A DNA stretch of 63,090 nt, the filler included, from Basidioascus undulatus (taxonomy: Eukaryota): the NCBI GenBank assembly GCA_000826855.1. It is 3 parts of 3 records of this genome, joined end to end, with 100 filler letters (N's around TTAATTAATTAA, not from the genome) between each part and the next. Parts side by side here need not be neighbours in the genome. Positions count along the whole stretch, not along the records: positions 1 to 20,969 come from JTLS01000350.1; 2 more parts are not named here. One strand, written 5' to 3'. This document shows positions 1-10,396 of this stretch, one piece after another. Positions within the stretch are counted from its first letter, which is position 1. Each line of letters opens with the position of its first letter. Both the position numbers and the translations under genes were made by a program. The notes under the pieces were generated by a model. That model was given only the letters and a program-made list of their open reading frames with translations. It was not told where the DNA came from and did no database searches.

Positions 1-886
1 AGTGCGGCGGGGCCGGGGGCGGAGGGGGATAGTAGTACGTGGACGCCGACGGTGGCGGGGTGGGGATTACGCCGCGAAAGCCGAGCCCTGCTCCAGAGAT
101 AGCCGCGGGAGCGACGAAGCCCTCGTGTGGCATGCACGGGGTCGGCGGTGGCTCGCTCGCCATGGAAAAGGCGGGCGAGGCGAGGCTGGCGTATCTATCG
201 AGCTGCGGCGTGCCGAGGCCATCGACGGACGAGCAGCACGGGGATGGCTGGCTAGCGGAGAACACGAGCTCGGGGGTGAGGATGTACGGCGAAGGGGCGG
301 AGTAGTCCATCGGCGACCCGGCGAATGGGCTCTCCGGGTGCGCCTGCGTGTCGGACGCATGCGCGAAGTCGGCGGAGTGCAGAACGAGAGGTGGCGGGCG
401 AGCTTTGCGCGACATCGACGACGACGGCGGCGGCGCGAAGTCAGAGAGGAGGGGAGCGGATGTCGCGCCACGCTCATCCCCACCCGCCGCGCAGCTCCCG
501 TACGCCTCCTGCCTGCTCTCGCTCAGGATAGCTTTCGCCAGCGCGGAGCCGGCGGCGGCGGGCCCGTTGGCGCTGCTGGCTGGCGGAATGCTCTTCCATC
601 CTTCCCTAACGCCGGCACCCGGAGGCGCCGCCCAGCTCGAACGCGGGCTGTCGAACTGCAGAGACGCAGCGTGGGTTGAGTCGACGCGGGGGTGCTTATC
701 GAGGGGAGAGAACGAGTAGCCGGATGTGGGAGCGCCGAAGGCGTCCTTGGCAAAGGGCGAGGGGGAAGGGAAGGTGAAGGTGGGTTCGTGCTGGGGGATA
801 TTGGCGGGCGAGTCGAAAGGCGAGCCTGCGGGGACCTGGGCAGGAGAGGGGGATGTCGGCGCTGAAGAAGTGTATGTCGTCGACAT
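1..886 (-). CDS. Ser/Pro-rich hypothetical protein, N-terminal part (runs off the window start)
   Basis: ATG at 886 (MSTTYTSSAPTSPSPAQVPAGSPFDSP...) with the frame open to the window edge and C-rich third positions. Probable 5'UTR intron 938-1213 (GTGAGT...GCTGAC...TTTTACAG). No recognisable domain in the visible part. Confidence 0.7.
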   Translation of the reverse strand, partial: MSTTYTSSAPTSPSPAQVPAGSPFDSPANIPQHEPTFTFPSPSPFAKDAFGAPTSGYSFSPLDKHPRVDSTHAASLQFDSPRSSWAAPPGAGVREGWKSIPPASSANGPAAAGSALAKAILSESRQEAYGSCAAGGDERGATSAPLLSDFAPPPSSSMSRKARPPPLVLHSADFAHASDTQAHPESPFAGSPMDYSAPSPYILTPELVFSASQPSPCCSSVDGLGTPQLDRYASLASPAFSMASEPPPTPCMPHEGFVAPAAISGAGLGFRGVIPTPPPSASTYYYPPPPPAPPH

Positions 887-2150
887 GTCGAGGCTTCGCA
901 GTGGCCTCGAAGAGCTGCAAGAGACGGCTGTAGAGGTCTGTAAAAGAACAAGTCGACTGTCAGCATCGTTCTGACTCGCCGGCGGCCCATCTCATGAATA
1001 CCCTTCGCCTGGGTTCCCATACACGGCAATGTTGTTCGTAGCCCCGACCTACTCTGCCGCGAGCACTCCTCCAGAGAACCAGAAGCAGTAGGAATTGGCA
1101 CAGACTATCTGCAGTAGCCCAGTACAATCATGCGCAACGCCAACCTTGATTCGCGCCACGGAAAGAGCACGCAGAGCGACGAGATAAGAGAGAGAGGTAA
1201 CGGGGAAACTCACTGCTCAGTCCCAAAAACCCAATGTAAGTGCGCGCAGTGTGCAGTTGGCCGAGGGGGCGGGACCCGCAAAGCGGAAGAGGCGGGTTCG
1301 AGGGGAGGGGGCGGGTGATGCGGGTGTGTGTGCGTGTGGTGGAAAAGGGAGTGTAATGTTGTTTGAAGGGGAAGAATGGCGGGAGGGGAAGCGAGGGACG
1401 GGGGAGGTTGTCGAGGGTGAAGGGGAAGGAGGCCAAAGGGGACGACCGTCGATGGAGCACCCTAGTGAGTCCCACTCTTCCTCGATGGGTGTAGCGCCGA
1501 CAGGACGAACAACAGACGAATGTGGTTTAGTCTGAGAGAAGTAAATAGAGCATTAGATCCAATGCCAGTATCGAACCAGCACAACGGCGATGAGATGAGT
1601 GTTGGTCTGCGAAAGCGATGAGCACAAGCTGGCCTCTTGGTACCCAGAGATGATGGGTCAAAGCTAAAAGTGTAGGCACGCGCGCTGAGGGGGCACAGCA
1701 CAGCCAAGCGCTGATGGATGCGGGCAAGACCAGCATGATCGGGGACTGGTCCGTTGTTGTTGGTCTGAGCGGAGAAATGAAGGTGAATAGAAGATGTAAA
1801 GAGTTCAAAGGACCGAGTCTGTATAGCACCAGCCTATGCTTATATTATTGTTAGCCGGGGAAACAGAGTTGCATTGTGAACCACAGGTACGCGAAGGCAG
1901 GCGCACAGGGGAAGGAATGTGAACCGGCGCTAAGGTGGGTTCAAAACAAGCGCGTGAGTTTCATTTAGCACATTTCAAATGCCAATCGCCAAAGCGTTCA
2001 TTTACACAAACACGTGCAATAATTTCTCCGACCTCGACCGGAGACCAGTCTTCTCGCTTCGTGCACTTCGTCAGACGCAAATTGCGGTTAATAAAAGCAG
2101 ACAGGAGACTAAACATTCGAATCGAACAAAGGAAGTGATGCATGCAGCCA

Positions 2151-5100
2151 TCATCGCCGACCTGCAGTCTTTCGGCTTCCTCCGCCAGACGCAGCCTTCG
2201 CCTGAACGTCACCAACAGCACGAGTCCTTTCCGCGCCAAGCAGCTGGGCGTGATCTGCAAGACAGGACCGATCGAATTCAGCATACTTCTCGCAACGTGG
2301 GCGATTCGACCGATCCATGGCTCCGGAAGAGCGCAAAACCATGGTCGACGAGTTGTACGCACTGCTGCCTTGCACCAGCTGGTCCACGATACCCGTACTG
2401 CCGCCGGTGATATACCGCGCCGAGATCCCCCGAGCGAGTAGCGGCTGCTTGAGGAGAGCGGCGAGCTGGACCTTGAGCACGGACATCTGCACGTCGCCGT
2501 GGCCGCCCTTCGCCTTGCGCTTGTTCTTCTTCTTCTTGGACGTCGTCGCTTCCTCGTCACTGCCAGGGTCGCTGCCCGTCGCGAAATAAAACAAAGTTCG
2601 AGCGATCAGCATCCGCTAGCACCGTAAGCGGATTTGGTAAGAACAGAGCGCTCACGAGTCAAGGTCCACGCCAAGAGCCTCCGCTGCCTCCTGCATCCAC
2701 TTCTCCTCGTGATTCGCCTTCTGGTGTTGATGGGTCGCCGTATCAATCTGCTTAGCGAGCGCAAGGCGCTGCTTGAGTCCGTCGAGCATCGAAAGCTGAA
2801 CAGGAAGAACCGGCGGATCCTGATCTAAGACATTGCGCAGGCCAAAAATGGCGTCAGTTGCGGCACGCGCTATCGAGCATGTGGGCCCGCGCGAGGGGCA
2901 GGGCGAGTGCACGCGCACCTCGTCCTAGACTCTTCATGAGCTCTCGTGCAACGCGCCGCTCCTCCGGACTGATGAGCATTAGACTCAGGCCTTCGCGGTT
3001 CGCTCGCGCCGTGCGCCCGGAACGGTGCACATATATGTCCGCAGAGCGTGGGACGTGGTAGTGCAGGACGTGCTCAATCTCGGGGACGTCGAGACCACGC
3101 GCGGCAACGTCGGTTGCTAGCAGGACCGAGTGCTTGGAAGCTTTGAAACTGAGGAAGACGGAAAAGGATAAGTCCACGATCAAAACGATGGAATGTTGTG
3201 GACATGGTGACGGTGTACCGGTCGAGGTTGCGGAGACGCTGCCGTTGTTGCAGGCCGGAATGGAGAGGGAAGACCGATTGTTGGAGAAGCTCGAGGAGGG
3301 GTGTAAGGCGCCGGATCGCGTCGATGGAGGAAACGAAGACGAGCGTGCGGCCGGGGTAGCGCAGGAAGAAGTAGTAGAGGTAGAGGTCCTGTTACAAAAA
3401 GTTACGTTCAGCTGTCGCATCTGACGGCAAGCAACGAGAATACGCACTTTGTCAGGTGCGAGACACTCGACCTTGGATTCCTGCAACGAGGACACGACGC
3501 CGGTATCAGGCGAGAGATCGATGATTGTCGGCTGCTTGTCCCGGAAATCCAGGCGCGCGAGGAGGTCGTCTGTGAGGTACCGCAGACTCAGTCCGCCTAT
3601 CCGCGTTGATTTGATTATTCGATGGCAACGCAAACGTACCCAGCGTAGAGCCCTTCTTCTCCTTGCCCTTCTTCCCGCCACCGGCGCGGCGAGGCCGTGA
3701 GAGGTTCCGCTGAAGCTCCTTGCTGAGCGTAGCGGAGAAGACGAGCGTCTGCATGTCCACGCGCGCGAAGGTGTCGGCCGGCAGACCGAGCGAAGTCGAG
3801 TCGAAATCGTCCTGCACTTCGGCGGTAGACTCTCTGAAGGCGCAGAGACAGGGATCAGCCACATAACACAGCATACTATGAGCAGGACAGTAGAGTACGC
3901 ACGAGGCCTTGCGCTGCGTCAGGCGCAGGATCTGGTCGAGCTCCTCGAAATGGCCGGACTCGATCATCCGGTCCGCCTCGTCGATGATCAGGAAGCACGT
4001 ATTCTTGATCTGCGCAGCGAGACGCGCGTCCTATTGACATCCCAACTGTTCATCAGCGTCCGTAGCACCGCAACGCCGAGCCAGAGCGTCCACTCACCTC
4101 CCCGATCAAGTCCCACAGTCGACCAGGCGTCGCCACGATAACGTCCGCGCCCCTTTCTAACAGCCGCTTCTGCTTCTGGATGCTCATCCCACCCACAAGG
4201 GTTGCCACGTTGACGCGCCGCTCACCGTGCTCAAGCTTGGGCGTAAAGCGCGCGAATTCGCCCGCAACCTGAACCGCGAGCTCGCGCGTCGGGCAGAGAA
4301 CGAGCGCCGCGACCTCGGCGGGCGCGTCGCGAGGGAGGGAGAGGAGATACGCGAGCACGGGCAGCGCGTAAGCGAGCGTCTTTCCGGAGCCGGTCTCGGC
4401 CACGCCGATGATGTCTTTGTGGGCGAGGGCGGGAGGCAGGGAGGACGCTTGGATAGGGGTCGGCGTGGTGAAGGAGAGGGAGTGGAGGATGCGGAGGAGA
4501 TGCGAGGGGAAAGAGGTCGGGAGTGGAAGAGCGGGAGCGGTCCAGGAGGGGAGGAGAGAAGCTGCCGGGAGGTAACGGGTGCGTCAGCTCCCGGGGGAAG
4601 AAGGGGGATAGGCGAAATGGCACGCACGATCGAACGGAGGGAGTGCAGCAGGCGTCTGCGCGGGCGTAACCTCTCTGCCCTTGCCCTTCCGACCCATCTT
4701 CGTCTCCGCACCTGCGCAGTCCGCACCGACGTCCTGGTCGTCAACCTCGGCGGGCGCGGGCGCCGCCTTTGCCTTCTTCTTCTTCTCCTTCTTTGCCTTC
4801 TTCCTCTTCGGCTGCTCCTGTCCCTCCTCCTCCTTCTCGCCCTCCGCGTCGTCGTCGGCGATGCCGGTCCACTCCGGAGCCTCAGCAGCTGCATCGTCGA
4901 CGTCTTCCGCCTCAGCCCCAGCGGCAGCGACGGCGTCCTTGAGAGGCTGCGACACCCACCGATGGTCAGTATGTCGGAAGAAAGCAGTATATAAAGCCAA
5001 ACGCACCTTGAATTTGACGATCTTCTCTCCCTGCGCCCCCTGCTCATACACGACCTCGACATCCTCGAGTTCCTCAAAGTCGAGCACGCCGACGTCGTCC

Positions 5101-5204
5101 GCGCCGTCAAAGTTGCGCGGCAGCCGCTTCCACGGCAGGGCGTCCGAGGATTTGAGCGCACGCTTGCGCTTCGTTCCTTGCTGTACGGATTTAAGAGACG
5201 GCAT
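2151..5204 (-). CDS. MAK5: DEAD-box RNA helicase Mak5/DDX24 (60S biogenesis), multi-exon
   Basis: [62 protein letters not shown] and HRSGRTARA motifs across spliceable exons. N-terminal LPWK...LEELEDVEV segment is typical of Mak5. Confidence 0.92.
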
Positions 5205-5392
5205 TATTGGGAGATGATGAACGTTTAACGATAAACGAGCAAGCGCTCGCCGCTGGCGGACGAGCATGAAGTTTGGATAGTCGTGAGAAATTATTTGTGT
5301 CGAGAAGACGCACTTGCGCATGAAAGCCATGCAGCTTGACCTTTCACCACCACCCTCACCGCCGTCATCAGCACACCACTTCGAAATCCATC

Positions 5393-6542
5393 ATGGACGC
5401 GGACACCCTGCCGCTCGAGATCTGGTCGCATATTCTGGGGTTCGCTATCGGGTATCGCATCAACAATGGTGAGGCATACGAAGACGACGACGCGACCTCG
5501 TTCGCGTTCGTTTGCCGGTCCTGGAATGTATGCACGACGATGCACACCCGGAAAGTTGACATTCTGATTGATGGTCTTTTTAGCTCACCGAGCCCTTCCG
5601 TTATCACATTGTCGAGATGGTCGGACCCAAATCCATCCGCGCCTTCGCCGAACTCCTCGCCTGGTTCGACCTCGGGCCGCCAACCTCTTCGGCACACTCA
5701 ATCTCTCTTGATTTCGCTCAATCTCGAAGACCACGATCGTTCTCAGAAGTTCTATCGCAACGCTGCCTGACACATCCTCGGTTCACGAGGAATCTGCAAC
5801 GTCTGGACCTCAACGATGCCGTTCCGGGTCCCTTGACGTTGCAGGCGCTCGCTTCACACAATTCTCACTCTCTCACGCATCTCATCCTCACACTCGACAA
5901 TTTCAACTTGACGTCGCTTGACTTGCTGAGACAGTTGGTGGGGCTTCAAGAGCTCAATGTTTACCTCTTCCGCACACGTCGAGGCGAGCCGTCCTTCGTT
6001 GATTCTCTCGAACCTGCTTCCGTCCCGAAGCTTCCTCGTCTTTTCTCTCAGGTTCCGATGACCCGAGCGATTAAAATATCATACTTAATTTCGCGCAGTG
6101 CCACTTTCCGGCTCTAGAGTACGTCTCCGTCGACATCAAGCCCCGTGTCCGTCGCTCGGCGGTTTTCACTTCGCATGGACTTCACTTGCGTCGCGTCGGG
6201 GATCTCAATCTGGGCGGTGACCCCACCCTTCCGACCATCTCCCTTCTCACGAACTTCCGAGCGCTCTCCCTTACCTCGTACATACGGGACCGCGTTGACC
6301 CACTCGTCCCGTCACTTCCGCCCTCCCTCGAGGCGCTCTCGCTCAGAAGCTCCGACGTCGGGTCTCTCACCGCTGCGCTGCACCTGATCCTCTCGCTTGA
6401 TCTACTTCCCGTCCTGGAGCGCCTCGTGGTGGATACGCTGGCAGAGTCGCTCGATCAATTCTCGTCCGAAATCAGCCAGTTCACTGGAGGGGCGTGCGAG
6501 TTTCGGTTCAAGACAAACTCCCCTTCGCAGGTTGTTGTTTGA
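5393..6542 (+). CDS. F-box/leucine-rich-repeat protein
   Basis: MDADTLPLEIWSHIL...FVCRSWN F-box, followed by LxxLxL repeats (NLQRLDL, LTHLIL, LQELNV, LEALSL, LERLVV). Introns at about 5527-5583 and 6052-6098 join the ORFs in frame. Confidence 0.75.
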
Positions 6543-6936
6543 ATGCATCGCAAATTCTTGAGTTTTGTTTGGTGGGGTGCTGAGTGTCAACGGGTACACA
6601 ACGGGCCTTGGAGGCAGAAGTTCAGCACGTCTGAGCGCTGTTTCTCGCATTGCCCGCGGCCCTTCCCCTCAACCCCAATACTTTTACTGAATGCGTTTCC
6701 GATGGACCGATTACCAAGATCTGCCAGTATGCACTCCTTGTTGCTTTCACGAGCGCTCGCAACGCTCCAGTTATGCTTTCGCACACACCATCAGCGTTTA
6801 ACAATGGTGCCCGATCGAGAAGTTGCAGATCAACTCGGCAGAGCACTGAATCCTTGATCCTACAGTTTAAAGAAGAGGTTCGCCGCAGACTGAGGTAGTA
6901 GCGACAGCATGCGCTTCCGACGTTGGACATCGCACT

Positions 6937-7344
6937 TCACGGGTTCTCAATGAGATATCTCAGCCCTCCCAGCCAGTCTTCATCCACCTGCACCCTGTCC
7001 AAATCGTCCATCACCTGCACCGGACACGCGTTCACCACTTGATTGCACGTCAGGATGATGAAGAGCACCGGCCTGCCCCCGACTTCGCGCGGAAGGTTCG
7101 CGTCCCGGAGCAGGGGGGACGCCGCGCGGAGGGCCTCGAGCGTCTCCACGCCGCCGGCCTCGACGTCGAAGGTTTCGTTGCCGCGGTGGGAGAGCGTGAG
7201 AACGAGAGCGTGCGTCGCGGCGCGCGAGGGCGCGGTCGGGAGATGCAGCGCGTTCACACCCGCCCACATTATCGCGGGCTTGTGCTGGTCCGTCCACCGC
7301 TTGAGAGATTGCTGGAGCGCTACGGCTTCGGCATGGGAAGTCAT
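6937..7344 (-). CDS. Hypothetical 135-aa protein resembling the C-terminal domain of basidiomycete MYND-finger proteins (no zinc finger seen)
   Basis: MTSHAEAVALQQSLKRWTDQHKPAIMWAGVNALHL...THALVLTL...DEDWLGGL with GC-biased codons. Family resemblance is from memory. Confidence 0.55.
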   Translation of the reverse strand: MTSHAEAVALQQSLKRWTDQHKPAIMWAGVNALHLPTAPSRAATHALVLTLSHRGNETFDVEAGGVETLEALRAASPLLRDANLPREVGGRPVLFIILTCNQVVNACPVQVMDDLDRVQVDEDWLGGLRYLIENP

Positions 7345-8059
7345 GGTTGAAAATAGGGTGTTGCGACAATAATTAGCTTGTTTGTAGAGAAGCAAGGCAG
7401 AGAGCGGATGGAGATCGTCTGAACTGCTGGGTTACGGTTGTGTTGTGTCAATGCGGCGCTCTTCTACACAACGGGAGTACATGCGGGAGAAGGAAAAAAC
7501 GAACCAGGTCAATGAGCTTTAGAATCTCGGAAACTGATGAGATGCGGAGAGTGGTGGGGCGAGGAGTCGTGTGGTCCCGATATCTGCGAGCGCAGCCATG
7601 TCGACACTGGCAGTTCCGGGGGCGTTCGGCGTGAAATTGACGTCCTCTTTCCCTACTCGAGACCTTTTCCATTCCCAGGGAGAGTATTATTTGAGGCATG
7701 CCTAGAACTCGGGCCATACAAAGAAAGGAATTGTGCAGCAGCATAGAGCCAGCACCTACTTTCAAACACCGCTTCACTAGTCGTTTCACTGGTCGAATAC
7801 AACAGAATTCCACAGGGACTCTCAGGCTAATTTAACCTCTCTATTCTGTGGCTATACAGACTCTGTCTGAGATCATTGGCAAGTTTATCCACCGGCTTTC
7901 CATGGAGACGACGCACGACCAGGAGCAGACTGACGAATGGCTCGTTCAAAATCGGTGTATGATTTCCTAATTAGCATATTTATGACCCCACTAAATTGCG
8001 TCGCTGGCAATAGGCACAGCTACAATCGGGTACCCCGTCACGACATGTAAACAACGCAC

Positions 8060-9000
8060 TGCGTTGGGCGACAGCAGGTTCCATGAACTATCTAGTGAAT
8101 TCATTACAAGACCGGGGACACCAACAATTCATGATCTACATATCATCGCCCTCCCGCTCCTCCGGCGTGAGCACATGCAGACTGTCGCCCGATTCGTCAC
8201 ACAGCGTGATCCCAAGGCCCCACAGCTTCGCGCTCTGCTGTACCGCCCACCCAATAAAGGCGAAGTCCCAGTAATTTCTGAGATCCAGGAGACTGGAAAC
8301 TCCTCGTACGAAGTCAACAAACTGGTCGTGCGCAGCGAGTGAGAGTGCGAGATCCTCCCTCAGCGCCTGCCACCAAGCCCTTGTCCTTCAGCTCGCCCCA
8401 CTCCACGGCGAGGGAGAGTTTTCCAGATACTTTTTGCCCTCGGCCATTTTTGCGAGACCGTCGAGCGACTGGAAGCGCGACTCGGCCTGCGGAGAGTGGC
8501 GAAGCCGACGCGCAGCCGCTGCAGATTGGCGAGGCCGAGACCGACACACCCGAGTCCATGCTCGCTGACCTTGACGATGATGTGCGCGACGTCTGTGAGT
8601 ATTTTGGGCATGGCCTGGTGGTCTCGCGCCCACTCGACGGGTTGGGGATGAAGCTGCGAGGCGGGGAGAAAGCGGCTGTATGTAGACTGGTTGAGTTCGA
8701 TGTCGGACAGCGTGAGCGCGGTGAGAGCTCTGTAGGTGCACAACACCATCAGTATTGACTCGTGGCAAAGAGACAGTCTCAATAAGGTAAACAGCTCACG
8801 CGAACGACAACAACGGCAGAATCTCGATAGAGGCGCGGCCGACTGTGCGGATGTTAGTGAGGTGACGACAGACGAGGAGAGAGGACGGCGTCGAAGGAGT
8901 CTCGAAGGATAGTGGGGAATTGGTGAAATTTCAGAGGTATAGGTGTTGAATGCTGAAAGGGAGACTTGATGTCGTCGATAAGCGGGATGGGAAGATCGTC
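8060..9000 (-). pseudogene. Possible degenerate F-box/LRR gene
   Basis: Fragments DLPIPLIDDI, RPRLYRD, LTALTLSDIEL and NLQRLRVGF spread over several frames with stops. Confidence 0.3.
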
Positions 9001-9286
9001 TTCATGCTGTGCAGCCGCGGCTGTTAGCGACTCGCTCGTTAGTGCGTTCACGAACAGTCAGACTAGCAGGTTCATAATTGAAACAGGTCAAAGAGCAGGA
9101 TTGTAAAATTAGAGTAACCGCACTCTGGCGGAGACGCTTGTGGCACCCTTGCTGAACAAAGCGACATACAGAGCGGACCAATTGGTGAGGCGAGACGAAG
9201 CGAGACGCAATCGCCGAATGATCCGCATGAAGTTATATCATCGTTGCACTCAAACAAACAACCATCTACCTGAAACTACTCGAACT

Positions 9287-9585
9287 CTAATCCCTCTTCA
9301 GCCGCAGCCCCGGCAAATCAAACACCTCCCAGAACCTCTCACTGGGAACCGCCCAGCCCCTGCTCCCCGCGGGCGGCCCGCCAACCGTGCCCCTGACCAC
9401 CCCCACAACCGCGCCTGTCTCGACGTCGACGACGGGCCCGCCCGACGAGCCCTCGACGGGCAGCGCCCCGCCCGCCGTCTCGAGCGCCGCAAGCGTGTCG
9501 TACGTCCCCACGTGGCCGATCGCGCCGTAGGGGGTCTTGTACCGGTCAATGTGGCCGTGGGCCCAGGAGGGGTTGGGGGTTTGCG
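9287..9585 (-). CDS. C-terminal fragment of a fungal trypsin-like serine peptidase
   Basis: [26 protein letters not shown]...[21 protein letters not shown]...[19 protein letters not shown], with the GSSGGP catalytic-Ser motif. No start codon and no His/Asp catalytic region upstream. Confidence 0.75.
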
Positions 9586-9650
9586 TGGGGAAGAGGTGCG
9601 ATGAGGCGGGATGGGGGATGAGGATGTAAGACGGAGATGGGATGACAGAC

Positions 9651-10131
9651 CTCGTCAGGCTTCTTAGCCTGCAGGCGCAAGAACGGCATCTCCTTCAGCC
9701 CGCCCGGGTACTGCGTGTGCGCGTAGTACATCTTCTGCTCCGCCTTGCGCCCCGTCGTGCGGATCGAGCGAGCGTTGGTGACGATCACGTAGTCGCCGCA
9801 GTCGGCTTCCGTCCCACCATGCGTCAGTATCGGGCCACGACCCCGAGGAAGAGAAGTAGTGGAAGGAGGGGGGGAGAGGGAAGTGGAAGACGCACCACTA
9901 GGGTCGTACACGGGCTTGTGCTTGCCCATAAGCGTGATGGCGATCCTGCTCGCGAGCTTGCCGAGCGTGCGGTCCTTGGCGTCCACCTTGTGCCACACTC
10001 GTGCGAAGGCGAGGGCGGTCTGCTCATTTCCAACCCAATGCACCCGTCCCATCCCAGAGCCCATCGTCAGCTTCGGAGACCGGTGAGAGCGGAGGAGGAC
10101 GGACATTGCCGATGATTTGTGAGGGCGGCAT
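9651..10131 (-). CDS. MRPL23: Mitochondrial ribosomal protein uL13m, C-terminus missing
   Basis: Exons 10131-10105, 10019-9896 and 9805-9651 give [62 protein letters not shown]...[10 protein letters not shown]...KKPDE. Confidence 0.9.
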
Positions 10132-10396
10132 GGTCGCGTATGGTCGCCGCACAGGACGCAGGGCGGTCAAAAGAAGGCTTGGGAGGATGAAGGGGAGAGC
10201 GTAGGCTGAGGTTGATGGTCGGAAGAGCAGGAGCAGGAGCAGGGCGTGTAGGCGAAGGGGGAAGACGGCTCGCAAAGAACTTCCCACGCCGACTTGGACA
10301 AATCTCCCAAATCTCGCCGCGGACCTGCTCGTCTCTGTTTGTTTGCGTTTCACTCCCGCATCTTTCCCTTTCCCCAGCACCAGCACACCCGCCGTG

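Noticed and set aside
2..679. Long plus-strand ORFs, and many similar antisense ORFs (for example 4227-4994, 12136-13026, 57177-57998)
   Set aside because: Shadow frames of GC-rich genes on the opposite strand.
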